Of a stretch of 64,000 bases of DNA, positions 39,776-51,584 are shown piece by piece. The DNA is from a virus. The notes beneath the pieces are model-generated. The model was not told the origin of the DNA. It ran no database searches and saw only the letters and a list, made by a program, of their open reading frames with translations. The stretch lies in IMG/VR virus record IMGVR_UViG_3300035169_000077, positions 34,688 through 98,687 of that record. One strand, given 5' to 3'. How positions within the stretch are numbered: the first letter of the stretch is position 1; every line of letters begins with the position of its first letter. A program made the position numbers and the translations under genes.

Positions 39776-41941
39776 CCATCGCCTTCCCCGTCCGTTCCTC
39801 TAAGCGCGATCTTCCGTGCCAGCAGGGGCACGGCGAATCCGGCGACGACGACCAGGGCGCAGGCGACGGCGAAGCCCGCGAGCGCGAGGGCTTCCCGCCA
39901 GTGGCCGCTCACCGGAGCCAGCCCTCAACCCGGTCACAGGCAGCCGAGAGCCTCAGCCACGCGCCGAACGGCACGCGCCCCGCCGCCTCCACCAGGAAGC
40001 GCTCCAGCCTGCCTTTCAGCCTCACTCGCACGGGGTCACCACCCGGACCTCCACGAGCGTCCCGCCCGTCACCGACAGGACATGCTCAGCCGCCTCCCGG
40101 GTCATGATGTCCGCCGAGGTAAGCCACCCGCCCCCGGAGAGGGACCGCCTGGTGGCCACGCTGTAGCCGAGCACGCCGTCAGGGAGAGGCTCCGGGACCT
40201 TGACCTCCGGCACGCCCGCGGCTTCCTCTTCCAGGAACTCGCGCTCCCAGTCCGGCAGGGCCTCCGCTGGTCCCTCTCGCGGCCCAGACTCCATCTCGCG
40301 CCGGATGCCGTCCAGGTAGCCCCGGGTGTCCATCAGCGTCTCGCCATGATGGATTACCGCGCCGGGCCACATGCCGCAGGCGCACACCCGGATCGCCGAC
40401 CCCCCATAGGCCGGCAGGTCCAGGTCGAACTCGTGCGGGGTGCGCAGGAGATACTCGCGCACCGATTCCGAGCGGGAGATCTCGATCGACGCGCCCGTGA
40501 CAGGAACCAGCGGCCCGTCTCCCGCTTGCACCATGGCCTTCGGCGCGGACGCCGCAACGTCGGCCTCTACCCGCTCTTCCCAGGCCTCAGCCGGCCTTTC
40601 CGCCTGCTGTCCGAACCTCCACCACCTAGACGGCACTTTCCACGCCCTCTCCGCCTATCGGCTTCATGAAGTCCTCTTCGCTCATCCACTCCACGCCGTC
40701 GGCGTAGTGCCGGTGAACGTCATGCGCCACTGCGGACGTGGTCTCGCACCGCGACTTCCTGCCCGCGTGCTCCAGCACCACAGGGCAGCGGCCATCGGGG
40801 ACCGACCACCACGGCTCCCTGCCGGCGCGGGCCCGGAGCCGCTTCCCCAGCGTCTTCACGTCCCCCGCGTCGATCACGTCCACCGACTGGCCCATCCGCA
40901 TGGCGCCCCCGGCCAGCGGCCACAGGTACGCCCTCCACTCCCCGGGCTCCCCGTCAGGCGAGCGGCGGAACACGCTGCCGACCACGACCGTCTCTCCGTG
41001 GTCAGCCCAGAAGCCCTGATCCCGGTTGGAGTAGCGGGCGATGACCCAGCCGTCACGCTCCCCGGTCATCGCGATCTCCGCGTCATGCAGGCTGGTCACG
41101 TCAGGACCCCCCCTCGCACGTCACGTAGTGGTCAGGGCGGTAGGCACCGCAGCACCGCTGGCGCTCCGGGTGCTTCCGGGTGGCATTCCGCGGCCTTCCG
41201 CCCTTCCGGCCCGGCCTAACGTCGGCGACGGGCTTCACGGCCTCCCGCGGGATGGCCGCTGCCCGGGGCAGCGGCCGTGCCTCAGCAGCGGCCGGGACCA
41301 CTGGGGCGACGGGAGCCGGGACGAACGGCCTCGACGGGACCGCCTGCACGGTCAGCCCTTCGCCAGGGGCCAGGACCCCGCGCGACTCAAGTTCGGCGGT
41401 CAGCTCCTCCAGCCGCCGCGCCTCAGCAGGCGTGGGCGCGCTCCTGTACGGGACTGCCGTCACGAGGCACCTCCCGGCGGCATCCTTCGGATCATCCCGG
41501 GCTGCTGGCGGGGCTGGCGCTTGGCGGTCCACGGCTTCCCGCGCCTGCTCCTGGCTGCCTTCGCGTTCGCCGACTCCGCGGCCTTCCACGCCTTGCGAGC
41601 TTCCTGCCCGGCCAAGGGCGATGCCGCATTTCCGCCCCTGGCCGGAGCCTGACCGGGTGACGGCGGCGACCCCTCAGCCCCGCCGTCACCCGGAGCGTGG
41701 CCCTCGCCGTCGCGGCCTCCCTGGGTGGAGTGGGGTCGCGACGGCGAGGGAGCATCGGATGCCAGCCCGCCCCGCACGGGGGGGCGACGGGACGGGCTGG
41801 CGGTACCCCGGGGGGTGGGACGGGGGTCATTCCCGCCCGGGGCCGGCGCGAGGGAGCGTGAAGGCTCGACCTCTGCGCCGTCTTGGCCGGCATCTCCCGA
41901 AGAGAGGGCGGGAGATGCCGGAGTCTCGAAGTCTTCAGCGG

Positions 41942-42877
41942 TCATGGCGTCCCGGCTTCCTTGCCGGGGATCTCGATTTCGATCGCCTCGCCTGCCGCGA
42001 CCTGGGCAACGCGGTCACGGAGCGCGGTCAGCTCCGCGATGCTCCGGTGAAGGTCCCTGCCGTCTCGCGGCAGGCGCCGGGCCCTCGCCTTGGCGGGCTT
42101 CGCGGGCAGGCCGGCCGGGGGTGCTGAGCGTGCCACGTCCAGGACCGTCCCCGGCGGGTAGTCCCACAGCGCCGACCGGCCAGCGGGCTTGACGGCGGCC
42201 GTCCCGATCGCGGCGGCAGCGTGCTCCAGGGCCTCGGGGAAGGTGAGCGTGCGCCGCTCAGCAACCTCGCCGGGCACCGACAAGAGCTGGACCTTCATCG
42301 GCAAGCGCCTCAGCATCGCCCCGCTGATGAGGGTCCGCTCATGCTCGCAGCCGAGGTCAGAGCAGCGGGTGACGATCGTGCGCGCGGTCAGCACGTAATC
42401 CCCGGGCCTTATCCAGCAGGCGTACCAGGGGAGGTTCGGGCCGGCCTGCCGCTGCGAGTGCCCCGGGTCGGTGACCTGCCAGCCTGCGCACTCGCATGCA
42501 GGGTCAAAGCACTTCCCGCCGCGATGCCCCTCCGTCAGATGCTGGCGGCCGGAGTACGCCGTGGCATGGCCGGAGACGAACGGGCACGCTGCCCGGGCGT
42601 ACGCGGCACAGGGCGGGCAGGTGGGCGGCTCGTCGAAGCGAAGTTCCAGAACCTGGCGGGGGCCGCAGACGAGCACCGGGCGCGGCCCCGCCGGGTTGCC
42701 GCAGGACTGGCACAAGCCACGCCGCCACGCCTGCTCATAGCGGGCGGTGTGCGGCGAGCGGAAGTCCACCCCGCCGTCTGCCAGCTCGGCGTTCACCCAC
42801 GGCAGCGCGATGCCGCCCTTGACGGGACGGTGGGCCATCGACGCCGGGATAGCGGGCCGCGCCTCTGCCTCAGCCAC
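41942..42877 (-). CDS. Cys-rich hypothetical phage protein
   Basis: LCQSCG, EPPTCPPCAAYA..ACP. Confidence 0.65.
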   Translation of the reverse strand: MAEAEARPAIPASMAHRPVKGGIALPWVNAELADGGVDFRSPHTARYEQAWRRGLCQSCGNPAGPRPVLVCGPRQVLELRFDEPPTCPPCAAYARAACPFVSGHATAYSGRQHLTEGHRGGKCFDPACECAGWQVTDPGHSQRQAGPNLPWYACWIRPGDYVLTARTIVTRCSDLGCEHERTLISGAMLRRLPMKVQLLSVPGEVAERRTLTFPEALEHAAAAIGTAAVKPAGRSALWDYPPGTVLDVARSAPPAGLPAKPAKARARRLPRDGRDLHRSIAELTALRDRVAQVAAGEAIEIEIPGKEAGTP

Positions 42878-43405
42878 GGTCGCCTCCCTCTCCGGGGAGG
42901 TTCACGCTGTCGATATTGACCCCGTGGCGGAGCAGGTACCTCGCGGCGTCCTCGGGGGCCATCCGGCTCGCCCCGGTGACCAGGACGGCAAGCCGCTCCA
43001 CGTCCGCAGGGTCCGGCTCGGCCGCCGCCTCTGCCGCATCGGCGAACGCCACCAGAAGGCCCGCGAACTGCCGGACGGCATGCGGGGGCATCACCTCGCA
43101 GGCGTCACCTGTCTCAATCCGCACCTGCCGCCCCAGGTCGACGGCCACCAGGCGGAAGCCCCGGAAGTTCACGGGCTCCGACGTGTCCACGTCCGGCCTC
43201 GGGGTGATCACCGGGGCAGGCTTGCCGTTCGCGGCGTGCATGGCGACAGCGATCTCAGCCAGATCGGTTTCCCCGTCCAAAAAGAACGCGGCAGGGTGGT
43301 GCGCGATGCCCGGGAGCGCGATCACCAGCCGTGCCGGCTTGTCCCCCTCGGCCGGCATCACCGTCAGCGTGCGGCCCGTCTTGTCCGTCCAGCTCGTCGC
43401 GTTGC

Positions 43406-43870
43406 TCATAGCCCGAGCATCCCCAGCAGGCCGCCGATGCCGTACGACTCGGACTCCGGCTCGCGCCCCAGCAACTCCGAGAGCTGCCCCTGGCGGTCCT
43501 TCCACGCCATCGCTACTTCCTCGTGCAGCCCGCCGGGCAGCCCGTCGTGCCACAGCGCGCGGCACTCGGCCGGCTTGGCGGCATGGATGCGGCACCGGCC
43601 GCCCTGAAAAAACACGCAGGTGCCATTCGGGTTACCGGGGAACTCGGATCCCGGCTTGGCTCCCACGACGGCGGGCGACAGGACGAAGGCATCCCCGCCG
43701 CCGTCGACTTCCCACCAGTCCACGGCGAGGTGCGCGTCAAAGAACTCCTGAAGGCTCATGCCCGTCAGCGCGGCGGCCTTCTCGGCCTCGCCCGGCAGGA
43801 ACCAGCCCGGCTTGGCCTTGCACGCACGCTGGCACCCGTCGCACGTGCAGCTCTCCCTCGTCCCGCTCAT
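43406..43870 (-). CDS. YkgJ-like cysteine-cluster protein
   Basis: CTCDGCQRAC...CVFF...CRIHAAKPAECR. Confidence 0.75.
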   Translation of the reverse strand: MSGTRESCTCDGCQRACKAKPGWFLPGEAEKAAALTGMSLQEFFDAHLAVDWWEVDGGGDAFVLSPAVVGAKPGSEFPGNPNGTCVFFQGGRCRIHAAKPAECRALWHDGLPGGLHEEVAMAWKDRQGQLSELLGREPESESYGIGGLLGMLGL

Positions 43871-44241
43871 GCTCCGCTTCCCGTCGTCTCGAACAGCGGG
43901 ACCACGCCCGCCGCCGCTAGCTCGCGCGCTCGCGTGGCGCGCCTGGTCTCCGCGTGATGCTCACGGTCGTAGTGCAGATGGCAGCCTTGACAGAGGGCGC
44001 GCAGGTTGGCGGGGTCCACGTTCTCCGGTGCGTGGTCAAGGTGTGCGGTGGTGAGCACGACCGTGGAGCCGGTGCCGTAGGCGGGCTGCCCGTGGAAGTT
44101 CGGGCAGCGGCTCCCGTCGTGCGTCCGCCGCCCGCACTCACCGAGGCACTCGCACTGGCCCCCGGCGCGCTCCCTGATCGCCTTGGAGATCTCCGTCCAG
44201 TTCGCCGGATAGCGCTCGCGGTTCTCCGGTCGGATGGGCAT
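43867..44241 (-). CDS. HNH-like protein
   Basis: MPIRPENRERYP..W; LTTAHLDH.PEN...NLRALCQGCHL.YD. Confidence 0.8.
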   Translation of the reverse strand: MPIRPENRERYPANWTEISKAIRERAGGQCECLGECGRRTHDGSRCPNFHGQPAYGTGSTVVLTTAHLDHAPENVDPANLRALCQGCHLHYDREHHAETRRATRARELAAAGVVPLFETTGSGA

Positions 44242-45366
44242 AACTCGGCCTCTCCGTCGTCGCGGGTGACCTTTACCTGCGGCCCCTGCTCCAGGTCCAG
44301 CAGCTCGTCAAGCGACGGCTTGCGAGCGTGCCGCCTCCGGTTCCGCCATGCGGCCAGGTTCCATCCGGCCGTCCCGCCGAAGATCGCGCCGAGGACCGCC
44401 ACGGACACCCACCAGGTCACGAGCCCGCCTCCGTGTCGCCCATCAGCGCCTCAGCCTCAAGCTCCGCGTCCGTTACCGCTGCAGTCCCGGCCTTGTCCCC
44501 GTAGCCGCGCAGGACCATCGCCCACCGGCCTTCGTCGATCAGGTCCAGCGCGCCGCCGTCACGGGGCACGGGGGCCTTGCGGAGCCTCCACTTCCTCCAT
44601 GCGAGCCGCCACGGCAGGCCGCGCCTCCGCCGGCGCGCGGCGGCCAGGAAGCGGTGCAGCTCACTGCGGAAGCACCAGGCCACCGCGGTGCCGTAGGCGA
44701 GGACCAGGACCAGGACCACGGCCACGCGGGCCCCGATCATGAGGTGCCCCCCGCCTTGTACTCCCGCTCGTACCGGGCGGCCGTCGCCCTCGCGATCCCC
44801 GCGTACTCAGCGGCCTCAAGGCGCGTGAAGCCCGCGTCACGGGCCTCCGCGTACGCGGCGAGGCGGGCTCCGCGGCCCCCGGGTGCCCGCCGTGCCTCCG
44901 GAACTTGCGGGATGACCTCCGCCAGGTCCCGGTGGACTCCCTTGAACGGGTCCCAGCCGGCCGTCTTGCGGAAGCGGTAAGCGACCTCGGGGGGCCGTCC
45001 GTTGCGGGGGCTTGCCGCCGGCCGGTATCCGGGAAGCGGGCCGGTCCTCGTCTCAGCCACGGCCGGCCTCCGTCCGGCACAGTTCCTCGGCTGCCAGCCC
45101 GAGGAGGTCAGACAGGAGCGCGGGCACGTGCGTCATGTCCGTCCCGCGCTGCCGCAGCCGCTCGCTCAGGTGGTCAAGCTGCGGGGCGACCGAGGCCAGC
45201 ACCCGCCCCGCTGTCGCCGCGTCGTCCCCGAACTCCTCCCGGATCGCGTCGGCGATGATGATCGAGGTCGGGGCCAGCATGGTTATCCGGTAGCCGCCCT
45301 TGCGGCGCCTCTCCCGGATCGCCGCGAGGGTCCGGTCCGTCTGCGCTGTCAGCGCCGCCTGGAGGG

Positions 45367-45858
45367 TCACGCCGCCACCTCCGAGGGAGGCTCGCTGTGC
45401 CGGTCTCCGTCCGGAAGCAGGTACCAGACCGCGAAGCCGCCGTCCTCGGTGGCGTAAGCCACGCCCTTGGCCGCCGGGTCGCTGCCGGACTCCAGGAGCC
45501 ACCCGTGCTCCTGCGCGTCCTTGACGTGACCGTGAACCCAGCCGTGACAGCCGGTAGTATTCCCGGACCCGCAGAGCAGGATCAGGTTCTCCGGGGAGTC
45601 GGGGCCAAGCTGGGAGCGCCGGATCCGGTGGTGGACGTTGTGCGGCTCGCCCATGACGAACAGGCCGCAGCGGACACAGCACCAGGCATCCCGCTTGTAG
45701 ACCAGCTTGCGGACAGCGAGCGGGATGGAGTCCTTCCTGCTCGCCTGCATCGGCACGGCGCGGTTCAGGCCGCTCGTCCGCGCGAGTCCCGTAGCGCGGC
45801 TCAGCCCCTTCCCCCGGGGCATCTCCGCCTTGCGGGACGACATCGGGACCTGCTTCAC
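45367..45858 (-). CDS. HNH endonuclease
   Basis: RDAWCCVRCG...HHR..RSQLG...NLILLCG...GCHGWVH. Confidence 0.85.
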   Translation of the reverse strand: MKQVPMSSRKAEMPRGKGLSRATGLARTSGLNRAVPMQASRKDSIPLAVRKLVYKRDAWCCVRCGLFVMGEPHNVHHRIRRSQLGPDSPENLILLCGSGNTTGCHGWVHGHVKDAQEHGWLLESGSDPAAKGVAYATEDGGFAVWYLLPDGDRHSEPPSEVAA

Positions 45859-46235
45859 CGGTCCTCCTCCGGCTCGGGCGGCTGGTAGCCGGAACTGGCC
45901 GCGAGCCCTGCGGCGACCCGCTTGCACAGGGCCATCGAGTCCGCGATCAGCTCGGGCAGCGTCATCTCCTCCAGGCGGGGCATCAGGCCACCGCCGTCTC
46001 TGCCGCCACCGGGTCGCCGATCTGGTACCGCGCCGATCCGCAAGCGCACGTGAACAGCCCGGCCGCGCGGTCGAAGCCCCAGAACCCGCACTTGCCGTGA
46101 CCGTCAAGCCAGGACAGCAGGTGCCCGGCGGCGTTCAGCAGGTCGGCGGCCAGCTCGTCCGGCGCCCCCGGGCGGAGGGGAACCCCGCCGAGGGCGTCAA
46201 CGGCCACCACCTGGACCGGGTACTTGACCTCCAGG

Positions 46236-47273
46236 TCACTCACCGGGCACCGCCTCGGGGAGGCGCTTCTGCAGCACGGCCAGGTAGTCCCGCAGCACGA
46301 TGTAGTGATCAGGCCGCGCAGGGTCCGGGCAGATCATGTCGGTCGGGTCGATGCCGTGCGCCCGGCCTCGCTCTTTCAGCGCGTCGATATCGCCGCGCGT
46401 CCGCGCCCCGGCAGCCAGGTCGGCGACCATCTGGGCATCCAGCGGCACCCGGTCATCAACCATCGACAGGTCCAGCGGCGGCGGCGCGTCCGCGGCGCGG
46501 CCGGCCATGATCGCCAGCGGCCCGGTGCCGTGCCGTGGCGGGAGTTGCGCGGCCAGTGGCCGTCCCGCGAGCTCGCCAGCGGCGATCGCCCGCACTGACT
46601 CGTCAACCCGCAGGACCGGCACGTTGTACTGGCGGAGCAGCCCGTCGACCCGCGACTCCCGGTACTCCAGGACGAGCGTCGCCGCGAGGAGCTGCCCGAT
46701 CGCCCTGGCCCGCTCCAGCATCACGGCCTGGTCGACGATCTCCGCCGCCGCCTGCTCGCTCTTGGACAGGAGTTGCCAGACCCCGATGCCGGGGACGTCG
46801 GCGAGGACCATCTTGATCCACGTGTACGGGTAGCAGCCCTGCGGCACCTTCTGGGCGGCCAGCCTGCGCCGCTCCCGGATCGCCTCCCACACGGACTCCT
46901 CATCGCACGGGTCATCAGGCTGCGGGCACTGGCACGGACCCCGGGTCGGCCTGGTAGTCGTCACGCCGTCGCACACCACCGACGGGCCGCCGCCAGACCA
47001 GCGCATCATCGCCTGCCTGATCACCAGGTCGCCGGGCGGCAGCGCCATCCCCAGCTCCCGCACGGGCGTGTAAACCTCCCACTGCCGGCCCCACGGGCGC
47101 GGGTCCTGGCCCTGGTAAAGCTCCGCGATCGTGCAGGCGGCAAGCTCCGAGGAGGTGGTGAACCGGAATCCCTCCAGCCGGTGCGGGCGCCCCTTCTCGT
47201 CCTTGTCGCCGGACCTGATCCGGCCGATCGTGAGGTTCCTGCGCTGGATTCCCGCCAGGATCGTGCTCGTCAT
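46236..47273 (-). CDS. gp3-like (phiC31 recombination directionality factor-like) protein
   Basis: IGRIRSG...RPHRLEGFRFTT, WSGGG...CDG, LADVPGIGVW. Confidence 0.7.
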   Translation of the reverse strand: MTSTILAGIQRRNLTIGRIRSGDKDEKGRPHRLEGFRFTTSSELAACTIAELYQGQDPRPWGRQWEVYTPVRELGMALPPGDLVIRQAMMRWSGGGPSVVCDGVTTTRPTRGPCQCPQPDDPCDEESVWEAIRERRRLAAQKVPQGCYPYTWIKMVLADVPGIGVWQLLSKSEQAAAEIVDQAVMLERARAIGQLLAATLVLEYRESRVDGLLRQYNVPVLRVDESVRAIAAGELAGRPLAAQLPPRHGTGPLAIMAGRAADAPPPLDLSMVDDRVPLDAQMVADLAAGARTRGDIDALKERGRAHGIDPTDMICPDPARPDHYIVLRDYLAVLQKRLPEAVPGE

Positions 47274-47443
47274 GACGACAGCACCTCGCAGGCGTCCCCG
47301 GGGATTTCCTCGGTCGTCGTCGCGATGACCTCGAAGCCGCCGTCCGCCGCCTCCGTGACCTCGCCGCCGTACTGGTCGGCGAGGCTGTCCGCTATGCCGC
47401 GGTCCCCGGTCGTGAACCTGAACTGAACCGGCGTCCCCGTCAC
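47270..47443 (-). CDS. 57-aa mini-protein resembling the gp3-like N-terminal motif
   Basis: FRFTTGDRGIADSLADQYGG...FEV; GTGA and ATGA overlaps on both sides. Confidence 0.65.
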   Translation of the reverse strand: MTGTPVQFRFTTGDRGIADSLADQYGGEVTEAADGGFEVIATTTEEIPGDACEVLSS

Positions 47444-48585
47444 GCCGCCACCCCCTCGTCCTGCGACAGTCGCTCCCCGGCGAGGTGAAGGCCATGGTCG
47501 GCGAGCATCACCCGCGCCGTCTCGACCGTCTTCCCGCCGATCCCCTTCGTCGCCAGGAGCCGCCCGGCGGTCATCGCCGCGAGTTGCTCCAGGTCGCTGA
47601 TCCCGGCCTTGATGAGCGGGGCGAGCGCCCGCCCGTAGCCCTCGCCGTCCAGGTCCGCGAGGCGCGGCTGCCGGATGGTGCCGTCCGCGCGGAGCGGGTA
47701 GCAGACCTTCCCGGGCTTCTTCTTCGCGCCCTTGCGCCCGTCGTGCAGCTCCAGCGCCCGCCGGAACCTGTTCCACGCCATCGCGTCATCCCGGCCGGAG
47801 ATCAGCATCAGCCGGTAGCCGCGCTCGTACTCGGGCCGCAGGTGCAGCACCGCCCCGCACTCCGTCGCCGGCATCGCCACGAGGTCGCCCAGCCCCCGTT
47901 CCCGGGCCACGGTCATCCGCCGGTAGGCAGCCACCTGCTCGGGCACCGTGGCGTCCAGGTACTTGCCGGTCTTCACGTCGACGCACGGCATCACCCCGCC
48001 GCCCGGGGTGAACCGCCCGGCCCGGCCGACCGCGAGGCCGGGGAGCCGGGCGATGATGTCGAGCGTCCCGGCCACCTGCAGCGCGGGGTTGTAGACCGTC
48101 ATCTCCGACGCCTCGAACTCGGGCCGGAAGTCCTCAACCCAGTTCAGGAAGCCCCAGAGCATCACGTCCGCGACTTCCTCCACGGGGATGCCGTCGTAGT
48201 CCTCCCCGGCGAGCCTGCCCGGCAGCACGGGCAGCGCCAGCTCCGCCCCGCTCCCCTCCGGTGACGCCTGCCACAAGATCAGCGCCTCAACCACGTCGTG
48301 GACGTAGCCGCCGGTGTCCCGCTTGCGGTCCCTGATCCGGGCGGCCTCCTCCTTGGCGTGCTTCACGGTGGCGTCACGGCCCAGCGCGCCGGCCATCTCG
48401 AACAGGTCACCCCAGTTGTCGATCGCGTACTCGGCCGCGATCCCCGCCGCCCACCCGGTCAGCCACGGCTTGCCCTCCGTCGCGGCCAGGACCGTGGTCA
48501 CGCTTGGGAACGACTCGCCGGTCGGCGGGTAGGTGTACGAGCGGCTGCCGTCGTCCTCGGTGACGGCGGCGACGGGGTTGCTCAT
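47440..48585 (-). CDS. PD-(D/E)xK exonuclease with C-terminal helix-hairpin-helix
   Basis: PSVTTVL, G.YVH, E....N...AGTLD, VDVKTG, QVAAY; LLATKGIGGKT. Confidence 0.85.
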   Translation of the reverse strand: MSNPVAAVTEDDGSRSYTYPPTGESFPSVTTVLAATEGKPWLTGWAAGIAAEYAIDNWGDLFEMAGALGRDATVKHAKEEAARIRDRKRDTGGYVHDVVEALILWQASPEGSGAELALPVLPGRLAGEDYDGIPVEEVADVMLWGFLNWVEDFRPEFEASEMTVYNPALQVAGTLDIIARLPGLAVGRAGRFTPGGGVMPCVDVKTGKYLDATVPEQVAAYRRMTVARERGLGDLVAMPATECGAVLHLRPEYERGYRLMLISGRDDAMAWNRFRRALELHDGRKGAKKKPGKVCYPLRADGTIRQPRLADLDGEGYGRALAPLIKAGISDLEQLAAMTAGRLLATKGIGGKTVETARVMLADHGLHLAGERLSQDEGVAA

Positions 48586-50684
48586 GATGCTTCCCCCGCT
48601 GCTGCCTTGATTCCGTCCGCTACTTCGGTGCCGCAGATCGCGGCGATGACCACCAGGAGGAGCGCCATCGCTAGCGCGCACTCGCTGGCTGACTTCTCCA
48701 GCGCCTCCCCGTCCGGGTCCTCTACTGCGGACAGCTCCGGGTACCGGGCCTCCCAGTGGATGACCCCGCTGGCCAGGGCCTGGTGCTCGTCAAGGGCGGC
48801 GTCAAGGTTCATGCACGCCGCGATGGCCGCGCCCTTGAAGTCCCACAGTTCGCTGACCGCGAGGGCCGCGTGAAGGACGGCGTGCGCCCTCGCGGCGATG
48901 TCCTCCGGGGAGCGCCGGCGGATGAGGACCGGGAGCGCGGTGCTAGCCGTCATCACGGGCACCCCCCTCGCCGCGCGCGGTGAACGACGGGTCGGCCAGG
49001 GCGCGCGATGGCCGCGTGTCCCTGAGGGCCCGGCGGATGCCCCGCTCCTCAAGCAGCGAGGCGATGAGCGCGTCAAGGTAGGCATCCGTCATCAGCCCCA
49101 GGGCGAACGCCTCCCCGTCGTTGCGGGGGTCGTCGCCGAGGTGGATGGCCGGCTTGCCGTCGATCGCCCGGCGCTGCGGCATGCCGTCCAGCGCCACGGC
49201 CGCGACGCGGCGAGCGCCGCCGAGGCCGATGAGGACCGGCATCCCGGCCGGCGGGGCTGGCTCACGGTGACGCTCAGGGGCCACGCGGGCAGGCTCCGGC
49301 AGTTCCCCTTCGGGGACATGCTGCTGCACCGTGGTTGCCGCCACGACGGCGGAGATCCCGGCCGGGGCGTGCGGGTCCCAGCCCTTCAGCGCCTCAACCA
49401 CCTGCCGCAACTCGTCCAGGCCGGGCCTTTCCGGGGCGTTCAGCATCTGGTCCAGCCGCTCGCGGTGGTGGTCCAGGTCAGGTACCCGGCGGGGCAGCGG
49501 CTCCAGGCCTTCCGCCGTGGCGGCCGGCGCGGTCTCAGCCTCAGGCACCTCCTGCGCGGGGGCCTCCGCCTCCGGGACCGGGGCGGGCAGCAACTCCGGG
49601 GCGACATCGGGTGCCGCCACGGGGGCGGCCTTCTCCGGGACCGCCGCAGGCTCGTCCAGGCCCGCGCGGCGGGGGCGGCCGTGGTGGCCGGGATGGGGGG
49701 AGAACATCGCGATCATGACCGCGCCTCGCCTTCCCGTGACCGGTCGGCGGCCTGGGCGACCCACCTGGCGATGATCGCCGTGGTGTAGTCCTCCCACTGG
49801 GACATCCAGTGAAGGGTCCGCGCCTCGAACTCGCTGACCTCAACCCCGGCGCCCTGCAGGGTCCGGAGGAGGAACTCGGCCCGCTGGCTGGGTGCCTGGG
49901 TTACCCGGTCAGGATCGGGGGGGATCGCGGCGTGCGCCCATGCGCGGGCCTCGCGCTCGGTCTCGAAGGGCCCCGGGGCGCTCATGCCGCCACCGCCGCT
50001 TCCCGCATCAGGGCCGCCTTCCGCTGCCGCCGCGCCTCAGCCGACGCCACGGCGGTCGCCTGGTAGGCGATCCCCCCGCCGAACTCCCGCCGCGCCTGCC
50101 AGTAGTCATCGCTTCCGAACGCGGGCCCGGCGTTGACGCCGAGGATCACCGCTATCCGCTCGACCTCGGCGCGGTTCTCCTCATCGGTGCCCCCGGTCAC
50201 CTGGCGGGACAGCGGGTCGACGCCGCCGAGGGGGAGGTGAGGGTGGCCGGCGATGAACGCGGCCATGGCGGTCAGGCCCGCGTGGACGTCCGCAGGGTCG
50301 CGTAGCGCCCTCGCCCTCGCGGGGGTCTCGGTGATGGTCACTGTGGCGTTCTCCTTTCGTGCGTTACCTTGGTGGTGGCGTTCTCCGCCCGGCCCCCGGT
50401 CGCATCGGGGGCCGTTTTTCGTTAGGCGGTGTCCTGCGTGGTGGTCGTGAGCTGGTCCCAGCGCCGGGGCTTGCCCCTGCGGATCGGGATCACGTCCGGC
50501 CCGGCCTGTACCGCCGCTTCCAGCCGGCATGTCCGCCCGCACTTCTTGCACGTGGCCGTCCGGCCGTCCGCGTCAGCGGTGAACTGCGAGCCGCACCGGC
50601 CGCAGGCGACCGTCATGACGGTCCGCTCCCAGGTCGTGACCTCCGTGCGGACCGACCCGGCGATGATCAAGTCGCGGATCGCGG

Positions 50685-51320
50685 TCATGCCGATGCCTCC
50701 AGCGCGGCCTGCGCCTCGCCCCACGTCTTCGACATGTCGCCGCTGACCGCGTCAATGAGCGACTTGAGGTAGTCGGCGCGCTCCTCATCGCGGCGCGCGT
50801 ACCGGTCGGTGATCTCCGCCATCTCCGCCGCGTACTTCGCGAGCTCGGAGAGGGTGGACATCTCGCCGTACTTGTCGTCGGGGAAGAGGGAGAGTTGCCC
50901 GGCGGCCTCTTGGCCCTTGCGCGCGAGTTCGCGGGCGGCATCGCGGCGCTTCTCGTCCTCATCCCGCGCGTCGAACGGCTCGGTGTCGAGGGTCGCCTGG
51001 ACCGGCGGGAAGCCGGCCTTGATGAGGCCCGACCAGTTCTCCAGATCCGCAAGAACTTTGCGGATCTGGTCCTCGCTCTCGTACATCCGGGCCGCCTGGA
51101 GGCGGTACTGAATTTCACGCGCCGAGAGCGTCTTGTAGCCCTTTGCGATGGCTTCGGCGATCAGCCGCTCGACGACTCCGGGCTTAAGGCTCCTGCGGCT
51201 TGCCGACATCGCCTCGTCGTCTGCCAGCAGCCGCCGGCCGAACCGCCAGCGTTCGAGGACGCTGCCGGAGTCGCTGGCGGCGATGTACCCCTCGATGCGG
51301 AGATAGCGGCCGTACTTCAT
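50685..51320 (-). CDS. Hypothetical protein
   Basis: Coupled to cro-like gene. Confidence 0.7.
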   Translation of the reverse strand: MKYGRYLRIEGYIAASDSGSVLERWRFGRRLLADDEAMSASRRSLKPGVVERLIAEAIAKGYKTLSAREIQYRLQAARMYESEDQIRKVLADLENWSGLIKAGFPPVQATLDTEPFDARDEDEKRRDAARELARKGQEAAGQLSLFPDDKYGEMSTLSELAKYAAEMAEITDRYARRDEERADYLKSLIDAVSGDMSKTWGEAQAALEASA

Positions 51321-51574
51321 GCCGCCGCCCCTGCCGGCTCGGCCTCGTCGGCGGTCTCGCCGTCGCGGGTGATTGCCGCGACGGGGACGTTGAGGATGTC
51401 GGCGATGCGCCGCATTACCTCGGGACTCGCGGGCCGCGTGTTGTTCTCGATGTTGCGCAGCGCCTGCTCGTGGATGCCGACGTGCTCGGCCAGGTCCCTG
51501 GCGCTGCGCCTGTCCTTTACCCGGAGGGCCCGGATTGCCGCGCCGTTCTGGCGGCGGCCTGGCTCACGTCTCAT
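51317..51574 (-). CDS. Cro-like XRE protein heading the leftward early operon
   Basis: IRALR...ARDLAEHVGIHEQALRNIENN. Confidence 0.85.
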   Translation of the reverse strand: MRREPGRRQNGAAIRALRVKDRRSARDLAEHVGIHEQALRNIENNTRPASPEVMRRIADILNVPVAAITRDGETADEAEPAGAAA

Positions 51575-51584
51575 GGATGACAAG

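Noticed and set aside
47440-48585. Cas4 as evidence of a CRISPR system
   Set aside because: Ordinary phage PD-(D/E)xK exonuclease without the Cas4 cysteine cluster, in a recombination context
20000-51000. Long plus-strand ORFs opposite the early operon (e.g. 27288-28634, 30332-31435, 33089-34189)
   Set aside because: Shadow ORFs typical of high-GC DNA; Arg/Pro/Gly-rich and antisense to coupled minus-strand genes
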